Source of the DNA: Sphyrna mokarran
Taxonomy: Eukaryota
NCBI GenBank assembly: GCA_024679065.1
Contig: JAGIQG010000040.1
Span: 10,478,001 to 10,542,000 of the forward strand
Length of the DNA stretch: 64,000 nt
Direction of reading: 5' to 3'
Positions 11,293-24,751 of the stretch are shown piece by piece. The stretch's first letter is position 1. Each line of letters opens with the position of its first letter. Made by a program: the position numbers and the translations under genes. A model generated the notes under the pieces. The model searched no databases. It was not told where the DNA came from and saw only the letters and a list, made by a program, of their open reading frames with translations.

Positions 11293-12754
11293 GTCAGAAA
11301 CAAGTCTTCTCCTAGCCTTGATTCTTACTCTGGCACGATGACAATGATTAATGTGAATCCTTTTAAAATTCTATCAATTCCTACAATGTCATCGAGAAAC
11401 ATACAAGGCAGAAGCTCTTACAGAGCTTGATGTTAATCATGCATGAACTGCACTATCAGAACAACTGAACCTGAGTTTTTTTTCCTGAACTGAGCAGTTT
11501 ATGGGAGATTTGGTACAACATTTCAAAGCTATGAACGGGAATGCGTTACTCATTCAGAAAAACATATTATCCACTGGCAAGCGGACCAGTTTACAGAAGA
11601 CACTGCTTTATTAATTGTGAATTAATGGAACCATCCCTCTGATTACATTACACCAGTCCATACTTGTATTTATTCTGTACAAGATCCAATATTTAATTAT
11701 ATGACAATAGACGCTATCTGGAATGTTATTCTTGCACTTATTCAATTCTCTCTCTTTCTCTCTCTCTTTCATTCTCCTTTCTCAGTCAACATCGCAGTTC
11801 ATCCTCCCTGATTCATAACATTAGATCATATATCGTTACTATTGAATTAGGTTATGATTCTTTGGAAGAAATGGTTGACCTTTTCTAATTGGTTTCCAGA
11901 GTGGGCAATGTATATGTGTATATTTTACTAAGTCCTGACTTCAGATTTATCACACTATACCTCCTTCAGTTATTACTGCATTTTACCATGTTAATACTTC
12001 ATCTTGCACAGGAGTTGTCTCAGTAATGTACGAGGCCATGACTCTTTTTTTTCTTTCTTAAAGCACTGTATTTGTGTGTATCACACAATTGAAGTTTAAT
12101 TTATTAATGCGCTGAACCTTGTTTCTATAAGGGATACAATTAATCCTATCTCAGTTATTACTGCATTTGACAATATTCAGTGCAATAACACATGTGGTGC
12201 ATTCTTGTACAGTAATGCACTCGGCTATGTCTCTTTATACACTGCATTTATCTCATTTGAATTTACATTATTGCAATAAACCTTGAATCTGTAGACACTA
12301 AATTATGCGCCACTTCATTTATGAATACATGAACACATGTCGTGATAAATGCTGCAAATCATCACTTCTGGCACTTACGTTATATGAAATTGTATCTCGG
12401 GTATTATTGTGCTGGGCTCTATGAACGCATCCGTGCGTTACTTTGTATCACACTGATTCCTCATAATAAAGCAGGCACTATTTCAATAATTGTTTTTCTG
12501 TAAAATGCGTCTGATAGATGGAATGAAAGGAAAAGTGATTGAGAAGAATAGATGTATATTAACTTAAAAATCAGTATAATTATGTGGATGAAAGGAGTTC
12601 ATTAGTTATTGTTACTAACTAATAAGTGTCGCGTATAATGCCTAATTACTCTCATATTGTGTGTAATATTTTCTTGAAAACTTGCGATGAATCGTGCAAC
12701 ATGTTTTTGTTTAAAGGGGATTGAGGAACAGATCAAACTTATGCCACGTTGCAT

Positions 12755-12925
12755 TAAGGGGCAATTCAGCGTGGCCACTCCAATTAACCTTTACATCATT
12801 GAACTGTAGGGGGAAAGTGGTAAACCTGGAGGAAACCCAAGCACACACGGGGAGAATATGAACACATCACACAGTTACTCGTGCCGACATGGAACCTGGG
12901 TCAGTAACTGGGTAAGGTACCACTG
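12755..12925 (-). mobile_element. HE1-like SINE, degraded
   Basis: ggaggaaacccaagcacacacggggagaatatg core. Confidence 0.6.
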
Positions 12926-14449
12926 TGTAAATAACTACAGTTACGTTTAAACATTCTATGGGTAACTTATTCAGTATTCAGTTACACATTTCATGTCTCA
13001 GTCAATACCCAAAGTTAATGAATTGTCCTGGACGCTCCTGAATGTGATGTACAGCTGGCCATTCTGCCGCCAAGGCAACGCAGCTTTCAAATGACTCACT
13101 GAACTTTTCTCCTCTCTCTGTTTCAGACTGCAACTAAATTACATAACTTCTGCTGCTCTGACAGTCTCCATTAATTCACTTATACAAATGCACAGAAGCC
13201 GATCTGGCTACTAGTTGGTGGGGGAAAAGTTCTTTTTTGTTGTTTAAGGCGCCTTGTGACTGAAAAGGTGAAGGAAAAAGTCTCATCAGAGGAAAATTCA
13301 GTGCCGGAAACAGGCCAGTTCACTCACTTAATCTCTCTCCTCTATTTCTGTCACACAACAAATAAAACACTGTAAGTTTCTACTTTAGAATACCTCCGAA
13401 GGGAAAAAATGGCTTTAATTTTCCCTCTTTTCTATTAGTGATAATCTTCAGTCCATCTTCCCTTCAATCAATATATGAAAACCACAAATATGATAATTTT
13501 CTTGATAAATTAAAATGGGAATGGAGGTGAATGTAATGCTGAGACCGGCAGCAATCTGTGTGACTGTTCTTGGTGTTTTCAGAGTGAGTTCACCCTCACA
13601 GGCAGGAAGATTGTTCACGGTGATAACATCAAACTGGCCCCGGTTGTTTCATTCTCAGGTAACACAACTTCCTGTTTCATGCTGCCGCTTCCAAACCGCA
13701 CATCTCACTTCTGAGCAGAAAATAAATCCAGAGACCACAATCTGGTGAGAACATCTGTCAGTGCGGCCTATATCTGTCCACAGAGTCAGGGCAGAGTCAC
13801 ACAGATCACATTGCGGTGACATTTACATATGAGTCTGGTGTGATCTGTTCAGAGTTTCCATTCCCAGACATAACTGGATGGATCACTGAGTTACCCCGGG
13901 TTCTGTGAAGAAAGGGAATGATAGTTATTATCTTTCATTGTTTGATCATTTTCTCTCCATCTGCTATTTATTTTTTGTTCCCAAGCATTTATCTTTCAGA
14001 CTCCATTTTTCTTTCCCCGAACTCTCGGTGTCGTTCTCCACTCCTTGTCAGTCTTTTGAACACTTTTATTAGTATTTAAAATCGCGAAGCTGCCAGTGGG
14101 TTAAATAAAGAGAGAATATTTCAATTGGGAGGATGGTCAGCAACCCGTGGGCACAGGTTTATTTTATTGAGCAGAGAGACAGAACCGGGACTGTTTATTT
14201 TACACAAGTGTTGTTATGAACTAGAATGAACAGCTTGAAAGATTGATCGAGCTGATTTCACAGAAGCTTTGGAAAATAAATTAGATATGTTCTCCATGAG
14301 GCTAAAATTTGAGAATGGGACCAGTTTGATGATTCGTCTGTATAACTGGCCTGGCATTCGCTTTGTGTCTCTCCCTATCATTCAATTAAGACTGAATAAA
14401 ATACATTTTTTAACAGCTATCGTCTTTTCTTATATCTTTTGACAACAAT

Positions 14450-14512
14450 TGTGTGTGTGTGTGTGTGTGCGTGTGTGTGCGTGTGTGTGCGTGTGTGTGC
14501 GTGTGTGTGTGT
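14450..14512. repeat. (TG)n/(TGTGTGTGCG)n microsatellite
   Basis: Direct inspection. Confidence 0.95.
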
Positions 14513-17500
14513 AATTGCCAGGAACCATTCCGAAATTCAATTCTATTTACAAGCCATCACTTTGAACATATGAGCATTGGATCGAAGTTGCCTAGGAAAA
14601 ACGCAGATTCCCTTACCATTTATTGCACTGTTTTTTTTTCATCGGATGAAGTGTCTCATATTAGTTCCTAATTCTGCTATAAATGTGGAACTGCCTGCAA
14701 GAATGAGAAGGAGCAGATTATTTTCTGTTCCTCTGATAGATTCGCTTTTGTTATCTCAGATAACAAAACTTTATGGAGTCCACCATGATTAACACCCTTC
14801 CTCCAACCGCCCCACTCCTTGGGACTAACAGCTCTTAGTCTGGTGGAGTCAGTCACTCCTGCGATTGTCATAGGATTTCCAGACCGTGATTGGCACACAA
14901 ATCCCTGCAAGGCCAACTCAACTAATACTATGTATCCTAAGATAAACGTGGGATGGGTTGTGTGAACTAATACAGAGACAGAGCCAAATGCAACAGATAT
15001 CGATACACCTGTACTAATATGAATGCAGTTCAGTCATTACTGAGAGAATGTATGCAGTATATTACTAAACAGTATGGTGTTTTCTCATATAAACAGAGAC
15101 ATGTCATACTCAGTTTTGACAAAAGACATGGTCTATTTCAGTACACGCAGAGACAAAGTGCATTCTAATTTAAACTGAAACTGGTTCCAGCATGTCAGCG
15201 TTATCAGAAAATAGGGACATGATCTAGTGTGATATAATCAGAGATGTAGCCCAGCGGAATAAAAAGCGAGGCAACGCAGAGTAAAGCAATAATTGAGAAA
15301 GGATAATGTGTAAAATGAACAGAGGTATGGTTTGGCGCATTAATAAAGGAGAAAGCATCTAGCGCAATAAAACTGTCACCGGGCCCAGTGTAATTTTGAC
15401 TGATTCTGGCCATTGTGCAATATAAACTGAGAAAAAGCCGAGGCAGTAATTCCAAACCAAGCCTTTTGATTGATATATACTTTGACAGGGACAATTGCAG
15501 CAATAAATAAATCATGAAATAGAATAATAATTACAGACAGGTTATTATTCGGTATAAGTAGGGACGTGGACTAGTGCAGCTGTGATTGAGATATTGTCAA
15601 TGTTTCTTTATACCACGCAGTTCCAGCAATGTAATAACTGAGTTTGAGACTCGTATAATGCAAACAGTAATATGTCCTGGTTCATTATCAGGAGAGAGAG
15701 GGTCTAGTGAAGTAACAGCGGAGATAAGGAGTTTCATGTCATTAGACGAGAATGAATTCCTTGCTGTCATAACTGCCAGACTGAACGGTGTAACGTCAAA
15801 TGAGGCTTGGTGCAGTATATAACAACTGGGGTTTTGCTGAGTACAGAATCAACTAAGAATTAATGTCAAATAATCTGAAATATGATTTTCTGTCATATAA
15901 ACTGGGTCACGTTTAGGATGGACAAAGACTGAGTCTATTATAGAAATGACCGAGATGATCATCTGGATCGCGTCGTGCTTAAAAAAAAACACTGTTTTAC
16001 TGCCATCTCCTGGACTAATTTTGCCATTGCAGATGTTGCGAAATGCTGATTTCAGTTGCTGCTTCTTATTCTTTTTTGAGATGTCTCCCAGCTGGTAAGG
16101 GCCGGCATATATTGGCAATCGGTAATACACTGAATTTACTGGTTTTCTAGACCATAATAGAAGGCACATAATCGCCAAGCGCGTGTACCCCTAGAGTTAC
16201 CTCTGGGCTAAACTGGGGAATGTTGGAAGGTTTCCTTTTCTGCAGGGCATTAGAGAATCTGATACATTTCTTGTCATGGTCGCAATTACAGAAACGACCT
16301 TTAAATTCAAAATTGTAATTGCATTTTAAAACCTGTTGTAGTTGGATTTGAATATCTATCTTGAGAAATTTGACGACCTTCGGAATTACTCTCGCAGAGA
16401 TATTACCACTATGCCACTGTCTCCCTTTCAACATTGATGGAGTATTTACAGCAGAGAAGGCCATTTTGAATCGTCATGTTATGTATTGGCCCTGTAAAGG
16501 GTCAATTCATCCAATAACAATCTGTACCCCACAGACCAGTATTTTGTTCGTTTTCAGGCAACAATTCAATCCCAATTTGAAACCATTAATTGGCGCTGCC
16601 TACACGACACTTAAAGAGCACATTCCAGATCAGGATCACTCACTGTCCGAAAATGTTTTTCGTGATGTCTCCATGCTCCTTTCACCAAATTACTTCAAAC
16701 CGCGCCCTGTGTGTCAAGATCCTTCTGCCATTGAACAGTTTCTCTCTATCTACTCTGTCAAGACCCCTCAGGATTTTGAATACCTCATTAAAGTCACATC
16801 AGCAATTTCCTGTCAAGGAAATTAGTCCGGAATGCTCCAAAATGTTTTGGTCACTGGAGTTTTTGATCTCAGGAATTTTTCTCCTGTTTTTCTTCCCCCT
16901 GCACCCAGCCTATCGACTTTACATTCTGCCTTTCGTTCGGTTGTCTATTTTCCAAATGTTATCTACAAATTTAACACAATTAGCTTGCATCTCTATTTTC
17001 CCCTCTAGATGAGTCACTTTTTATTTTACCCGCTGTCTAAACCTGCCTTGCACCATGAATGATTTGTTCACATCTTCACTCATGTCCCTCGGCGTCTATA
17101 TTCAATTTCATACCGTTTTCATTAATTCCATTTGTCTCTTCACATTCTGTTTAACAAAACCAGTCATGTAACTTTTCTCGGCAATAAGTTAAATATCCAA
17201 ATTACTCGTCCATTCCACCAATTAGTCACTTAGTTCATGATTCCCCTCTCTTCCATTGAGAATACATCAGTATCTGTTAACTCTATTTCTCTTTATCTCT
17301 GGCTATTTTCCTCTGTCTCACTTTCTGCCTCCCATTTCCCCTTCATCTTCCTTTCAATACCGTATTTCAACCTCAAAACTATCTTCTCTGTCTCCCTTTT
17401 TCATTCCCTGTACATCACCCTCGCCATTTCCTCTACCCCCTATTCCTGTCTCTTCTCGCTCTGTGAGACTCTCTCTCTGTCTCTGTTATCTCTCTGTCTG

Positions 17501-17607
17501 CACCTGTTAGAAAATATTTCAAACTTTGTTGTTCTCCATGTCTTTGTGCCTTTCCCTCTGCCAATCTCTCTCTCTCTATCACTCTCACAGTTGCTAACAC
17601 TGCCATC

Positions 17608-17638
<31 letters not shown>

Positions 17639-17735
17639 GTGTGTATGTAATTATTTCTGTTGCTGTGATGCTGTATTGTTGTTTACAATGAATATTAACA
17701 GGAAGAGTCAGGTACCTTCAGGTTGCAGTTTCAAG

Positions 17736-18637
17736 TCAGAATGTATTGAGATGAAGAATTGCAGTAAGAGGGTATTTCAGAAGGTCTTTTAGCTGCTTTC
17801 TAAAGTGAGTCTGTGTCACAGCATAAATGGCAGTGTTTGTGCAGCAACATGTGAGTTGCAGCATAAACCCCAATTCCATAACAAAGAGATGTAACATCAT
17901 CGACTGATAGCCCAAGCTATACATCCGACTCCATATTGAATAAAACATTAATGTCCACCATAAGACGATGAAATTCGCTGAGATGACAAAAAGTAAAATG
18001 ATGGATTTCCTTCGACTCTCCATTTCTGGGTCACTAGGATTCTCCCCACTGCTGTGAGCCCGGAGTCTCCTGCGGGCACTGCTGCTCACTAAAATGTGTC
18101 TGACGGTGAGAGCATTGAGCAGCAGAATCAGAACAAATGGGACACACGGTGTTATAATGTTGTGGAGAAACTCGATTGTTGTCCAGACTGGAACACCAAC
18201 AACATCCCATGTGAAATCACAAAACCAGGGGTTGTTCACCAGCGCATATCTCTTTAATAACATAAAGTACCAGAAAATGTTCTTTAAAAAGCTCAACACC
18301 ATCACTGTTCCCAGAACCACAGCCACTGATTTCTCAGTGCAATATTTATTTTTCAGCTTGGGGCAGCAAATGGCCACAAATCGATCAAAGGTGAAAGTGA
18401 CGGTGAACCAGACAGAACAGTCAGTGGCTGCGTAAAGCAGGACTGCGTGGATGTTACACACGGGGACTGAGAGCAGGAAAGAAAACCTTCCCCAATAAAC
18501 AATGGGAATCTGTCTCAATATCAGGTCGAGGATAATAACCAGCAGATCCCCCACTGACATGGCCACCAGGTAACGAGTGACACATTTGGACAGACCACAG
18601 TTTCTGCTCATCAGTGTCACAATTGTGATTATGTTCA
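17736..18637 (-). CDS. GPR139/GPR142-like class A GPCR, coding exon 2 (end of TM1 to C-terminus)
   Basis: Acceptor cctgacag| at 18638-18639, phase 1. TM1 Asn, LVAMSVGDLL (TM2), SVWFTVTFTFDRFVAICCP (TM3 DRF), PCVPF (TM5) and TNTAIY (TM7). Joined to exon 1 it gives 372 aa without a stop. Confidence 0.93.
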
Positions 18638-18769
18638 CTGTCAGGAAGGGAAATACAGAATAAAACTAGATATGATTCAGGCAGATTTTACCATTTAAAA
18701 TGCAGATGGATCAAAATTTTAAAAGAGTTTGCACAAACACTGTATTGAAAAAATCTCCTTTTGATGAAC

Positions 18770-18932
18770 CAGCACGTCTTTTGGAGTCTGAGAGAAAGTG
18801 GAACATCTGGAGGAAACCCACGCAGACAGGGGGAGGAAGTCCAAACTGGACACAGACAGTGATCGAATCCTGGGATTGAAGCCAGGTCCCTGATGCTGTG
18901 AATCAGCAGTGCCAACCACCGTGCCACCATGC
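18770..18932 (-). mobile_element. HE1-like SINE
   Basis: tRNA-derived head (ggcacggtggttggcactgctg...) and ggaggaaacccacgcagacaggggg core. Confidence 0.75.
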
Positions 18933-19310
18933 ACTATGGTCCGTTATTCATAAATGATATTCATTTCGGAAAGACTTTTCTGTGGATTCCTCAACATTGA
19001 CCCTCACTCAGCTGCAGGTAAATAGTCTCTCTACCCTCTTGGGATTTGGAGAGTGAGAAGGCTGTGGAGGTAATCATGAGAGAAAATTCAGAGTGGAGTC
19101 CTGTGGGTAGTAATCTGTGAACTTTCAGACAGCTTACAGACAACCCCAGAAGCAGAGCTGGTACCAAAGAGTGCTGGTTTCAGCCTTTCCTCTGGAAACT
19201 GCCAGCACTTGGCAGCGAAACATTCTAATGCCTCGACAGCTCAGAATTTCGGTTATATTTACAAAAGACTATATCCTGGAGAGGAGACCACAGCATTGTG
19301 GTCGCCGTTT

Positions 19311-19750
19311 ACACAACACAAGAAGAAATAGTAACCCCACACTCAAATGACACAGAACACTATTACCAGGGGTTGCTTTCAAAGCTTCAGGTTTCAGTGT
19401 ATAGCTACTGTCAATTGTTCCCAGTGTATTTCCAGCTGGCCCACTATGACTTACTGGACCAGTGAAGCTCAGTAAGTCCTCTTTCAGTAGGAAAGTTGCC
19501 GATCTGTGCACCAGATAAAAAAAAACTCCAACCAAGGAACCAAGGCCATTACCAAAGAAAAATCAAGCAGCATGCCTTAATGACTATTGTCCAGTGACAC
19601 ATATAACAACACAGGAAGAAGTCATTATCTCATACCCGAATGACACAGAACACAGCCACCAGGGTTTGCTTTCAAAGCTTCAGGGTTCAGTATATAGCTA
19701 TCATCCATTGTGCCCAGTGCATTTGCTGTTGCCCGCTATGACCTACTGGA
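19311..19750. repeat. Diverged direct repeat pair (~19311-19460 and ~19603-19750) in the GPCR intron
   Basis: Both contain aatgacacagaacac...ttgctttcaaagcttcagg.ttcagt.tatagcta...cccagtg.attt. Confidence 0.75.
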
Positions 19751-20609
19751 GCAATGATTCATGCCATACCTAATCTTAATCATACCAGCTGACCAGGTGA
19801 CTAGGATAATTAAGAAGCCGCTGGGGTTTGTGGGAGCTTGAAATGGCCCAGGGTGAGGCCTCGAGTGTTGGAGTAATGAAGTTTCTTTATTAAAGCTTTT
19901 TGTTTGCTTTACAAGTTGAAGTAAAATTTGTTTCATTTTATTGCCAAGAACTAAAGAATCCCTTCTAGAGTGAATGGGGCTGTCCCATAGGGGCACCGTC
20001 TGCACCTTTAAAAAAATCCAAAGTTACAAGAGCTTTTCGCCTCTATTTTGCTTTCAGTGAATCTATGACCGGATGTAAGTTGGCCAGATGGTAGCAGGCA
20101 CAGCACAATTCTCCAGTGGAATAGGCCTTCTGGATAATTGGCAAGTGAATCCTTAACAATCAGGAGCACAACAAATATGATACCAGGCAGCCCCCTTCCC
20201 TCTTCCCATTACCAAACACCCCTCCTTTACGAGCTGCACCCCCAGCCCATGCTCTAATCCAACTATTCAAAACTCCGCCTGTCTCCTCAAGTTAATCATT
20301 TCCTAACATCTACCACATTCTCAGGTAATGAATTCAACAGATTCATCACTCATTGAGAGAAGTGATTTTTCCTCATGTCTGTCTTAAATCTAACTGCTTC
20401 AGGTGATCGAGCCCTGCTTCTGGTTGTACTCAAGAACTGGTGGATCTGCCCTGAAGGTAGTTGTGTTTTTTTTATATATAACCCTAATGATTAATAACAA
20501 CCCCGTACTCAGATTGGCTTGAGGTTGGCGACAATAATAACTTCAAATAGGTCCCTTTTAGCTGTGTGTTTTATTTAAATTCATGGGCTGGCACAATGCA
20601 AAACCATGA

Positions 20610-21437
20610 TTTGGAGATGTCGGCGTTGGACTGGTGTGAGCACAGTAAGAAATCTCACAACACCAGGTTAAAGTCCAACAGGTTTATTTGGCAGCACAAG
20701 CTTTTTGAGCACTGCTCCTTCATCAGGTGAGTGGAGTTCTCTTCACAAACAAGGCATATAAAGACACAAACTCAATTTACAAAATAAAGGTTGGAATGTG
20801 CGTCTTTATAGGTAATCAAGTCTTAAAGATACAGACAATGTGATAGGAGAGAGCACCAAGTGCAGGTTAAAGAGTTTTGTATTGTCTCCAGTCAGGACAG
20901 TTAGTGAGAGTTTGCAAACCCAGGTTTGTCGATCACCAGAAACGTTCTCTTCCAGTTGGGGAGTACTTCAGCAGTCACCGGCATTCAGCCTCAGATCTCC
21001 AGGTAAGAATTCTCTAAGGAGGCCTTCATGACACACGGCAGTGCAGAATCATTGAACAGAGACTGATAGCCAAGTTCCACACACATGAAGACAGCCTCAA
21101 CCGTGATCTTGGGTTTAAGTTACATTATCTGTAATTCTCACGACTTGGCTGGACTTGCAAAAATTTCACTAACTACCCTGGCTGGAGACAATATACACTT
21201 CTTTACCGTGTGTTTAACCCTCTCTCCATTCACATTGTCTGTATCTTTCAGACTTGCTTACCTGTAAAGACTCACATTCGAACCATTATTTTGTTAATTG
21301 AGTTTGTGTCTTTATATGTCCTATTTTTGAACACAACTCCTCACTCGCCTGAAGAAAGAAAAACATTCCAAAAGCCAAAGGTGCCAAATAAATCTATTGG
21401 ACTGTAACCTGGTGTCGTGAGACTTCGTACTTTGCTG
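20610..21437. mobile_element. Non-autonomous Penelope-like element with long inverted arms
   Basis: ~20640-20865 is reverse-complementary to ~21215-21437. Same family as 29440-30330, which retains a GIY-YIG fragment. Confidence 0.72.
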
Positions 21438-21826
21438 ACCACAATGCAAAACCTGCCATGCCCGTTACCAAGACAACCCCTATGTTTTTGGCCCCTGGAA
21501 TAAATGTTGCAACTTAAAGTTTCAGTGTACTCTGCAATTTAAGCATCTTAGCGTCAAACAAAAACACATATTTAAAAAGATCGCATACTTTTTCCCCCTC
21601 CTACCGGTTTTCACAATTCTTTTTCATCTTTCTAAACATCTTTTACATCTTTACAAACTTAACTGCACAACACAAGCATCATTAACATGGTGATCAGCGC
21701 TTTGTACATGTGATAACCCAATAAGGACGCAGACCATAAGCAACTGTCGAAACAGGGTAGAGCAGACGGCAAGAGTGGCAGAGTTAAACACAGTCTACAT
21801 CATTAACAATCAGTGGAGATACTTAC

Positions 21827-22043
21827 CAGGGACACCAACAATAGCCAGGATTGGATAGTAAAAGTATCGAATCAGATGCATTATATATGCAACACGCACA
21901 GTTGTATACAGCCAATCTTGAGAAAGAACGTAAAGTATCGAGGATAAACTCCTCCCAATTGTTGTAACATTCTGATCTGTGTCCCTCAGATTCTGAACCA
22001 TTGTGGGAACATCCAGATCTACTTTTCGTGGATTCAGATCCAT
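21827..22043 (-). CDS. GPR139/GPR142-like GPCR, coding exon 1
   Basis: ATG at 22043 gives MDLNPRK...YFYYPILAIVGVP (72 codons plus 1 nt). Donor g|gtaagt at 21827/21826, in phase with exon 2. Confidence 0.9.
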
Positions 22044-22559
22044 TGCCGAAAGCTTGCAATTTCTTTCTCCCAATTTTGATACCCCGACTCCCTCTCTGTG
22101 GAGCTGCTTATCACTGTGACGCTCCCAATGACACCGTGCATAACTCCTTTATGAAGCATGGATGGGAATGCTCCAGAGACACGATTACTACTGTTGAATT
22201 AATTCCGACATTAATTACAATCACTGAACAAACAGGTTAATATTTTCCATCCAAAATATTTTTTGTAAATGCATCCCAAAAAAAGTCAGGGTTTGTGTGA
22301 GCGTTCCAGACGGAAGGAATTTTGGGAAAAAAAATCGGAAGGATTGACCCGTATCTTTTAGTGCTGCTGGGAGATAGGATTGTGATAAAAAAGGAACACA
22401 TTATGCAAAAGTCCCCCTAACCTGGAGGAACATTTTAAACCTGGAAATGTAGAGCTGTCAGCATCGCATCAGTGAAAAAGTGGGGAAAGTCTGAACCCAA
22501 AATCTTGGAGAAAATACCTTGTGACTTCTAATACCATGGGTGGATCCATTGTGATTTGC

Positions 22560-22935
22560 CATTTATATTAATGATTTGGTTGAGAATTTAGGAGGTATGG
22601 TTAATAAGTTTGCAAATGACACCAAGATTGGTGGCACAGTGGATAGTGAAAAAAAAGTTATCTCGGATTGTAAAGGGATCTTGATCAATTGGGCCAGTGG
22701 GTTAATGAAAGGCAGATGGAGTTGAATTTGGATAAATGCGAGGTGATGCATTTGATAGACTGAACCAGGACAGCAATTAGTTAATGCTGAGGTATTGGGG
22801 ACAGTTAAAGAACCAAGAAATCTGGGAGAGTACAGGTTCATAGCTCCTTGAAAGTGAAGTCACAGGTGGCTACAGTGGTGAAGAAGACATTCGGTACACT
22901 TGTTTCATTGGTCAGAACAGTGAATAAAGGAGTGG
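22560..22935 (+). mobile_element. Degraded CR1 RT fragment
   Basis: tttgcaaatgacaccaagattggtgg (FA.DTKIGG) and CEVMH-type sequence. Confidence 0.75.
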
Positions 22936-23342
22936 CGACAAATATTTCACATCAATAATAAAAAATAAATGGTGATGATCATGGCTAAGAAGGGAGCTGC
23001 TGGCTGCGTATTAGGAGATCAAAATGTACAAATTCCAGGAGAAAATAAATGTAAGGGACAGTGTGATGAAAGCAGAGCTGTGATAAGCTGATGTTGGTCA
23101 GTAGATTTACCACAGTAAGGTCCCGATCAGTTCGATCTTTTTGAATGTGGGCAGCTACAGTGAAATTTAATGCAGTTGAAAGCAACTTACTCAGTTTTTA
23201 CAAGAGAAACCAGCAAGGGCAATGTAAGTGTGAATTGGTGTTGGTCATTGACGGGATTGTTTAACGGGACTCACATTTCTCTCTTCTTATTTATGGTAGC
23301 AGAAATATTGAATCACGATTTTCAGGATATTACTGCGTACTG

Positions 23343-23414
23343 GGTTCTGTGGTGTAATGGTGAGCATTCTGGACTTTGAATCCAGTGATCCGAGTTCAAA
23401 TCTCGGCGGGACCT
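23343..23414 (+). tRNA. tRNA-Gln(TTG)
   Basis: GGTTCTGTGGTGTAATGGTGAGCATTCTGGACTTTGAATCCAGTGATCCGAGTTCAAATCTCGGCGGGACCT followed by cgtttt. Confidence 0.9.
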
Positions 23415-23672
23415 CGTTTTCATATGCAGATGGTTGATTTGCTGAAGAGCGTTTCGTTTAAATTTATTACAAAGCACCAAAGGAGAGCATAATTTGTCAG
23501 CCAGTTCAATTGGTATGAGAATGCACAGTATGACAACCCTCTGGTGCCTGATGCGTGCAACGTCAGTGTTTTTCGTGCATTCGCTGCTCTTTAACTTCTC
23601 TGTGGCAAAAGAAAAGAAGCGGTTGGTGTCACACAATAACAATTCGACTGGAGCCTGGCAGTTATTGAGCAA

Positions 23673-23721
<49 letters not shown>

Positions 23722-24373
23722 TAAGTGTGTGTGCATGTGTGATGCCCCCGCCTTGCCCCAAATCTCATAAATTGCCGCCCCTCTTCTAAACGTGCCCTAA
23801 TCTCGTCCATCTCGATTAAATCACTCTTCAATTTCCTTCGCTCCAATGGACAAGAATCCCAGCATCGCAGACCAGAAACTTCTGGCTAAGTTGAACTTTT
23901 TAAATAAAATTTACTCCAAAAAATTCCTCCATTTGTTTTAACTGAAACTTTTAAAAAACAATTCTGTGTATTTTGCTTCTTAAAATTAAACATATTTAAA
24001 AGAAACTCTTCAACAGATTTTGTCAACTTTTTTTTAGAAACAGTCTTCACCATTCTGAAAAAAATGTAGTTTCCATTTCTTTTCGAGAAATTTCCAACTT
24101 TTTAGAAGGTAACTTAAACTTGCTGAAGTATTTTTCCCAAACACTTTAATGAGAATTTGTCATTTTAAAAAATCTTTTTTTTTCAAAAGGACTTAAAGTA
24201 TTTCAGTCTTTTTAGTCAACATTGTTTTTGAAAAATAAGTAGCTAAGATAAATATCTTCATAGAAGCTGCCTGCATTTGGTCAACATTTCTTTGAATTGG
24301 TTGAAAATTATTGAAAATATACTTTTCATCAGCAATAATATGGAGTTTATGAACGAATGTGAAAATTACACAA

Positions 24374-24446
24374 CGAGCCAACCAGGAGTCGAACCTGGAA
24401 TCTTCTGATCCGTAGTCAGACGTGTTATCCATTGCGCCACTGGCCC
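24374..24446 (-). tRNA. tRNA-Arg(ACG)
   Basis: Reverse complement GGGCCAGTGGCGCAATGGATAACACGTCTGACTACGGATCAGAAGATTCCAGGTTCGACTCCTGGTTGGCTCG. Confidence 0.9.
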
Positions 24447-24751
24447 ACATTAAAAAAAACACTGCAGCAATATTTACACATCGGTCGGACGCTTCAAAAT
24501 TGGCAGAAACGTGGTCAAAATATATTCGATCTAATGAGGAAATGTTGCATAATTGAAATTTTCTATTCTCACTCACAGTCATTCTACTTTGCCTTGAATT
24601 CAGTTAACTTGCTGTGTTGGAATTCGAACCCTGGTTCTCAAAGCTTCAGCCTGCTTCTCCGAATTATCAATCCAGCGTCAACAACATGACTTGAAACTGT
24701 ACCCTCCCGCCAGTGAATCCACGACTGAATATTACCTGAATATAGTATCTT

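Noticed and set aside
15200-17010. Cluster of 80-150-aa ORFs in apparently unique DNA
   Set aside because: No recognisable domain and no consistent strand or frame. A BLASTx search would be needed to exclude a decayed gene or viral remnant.
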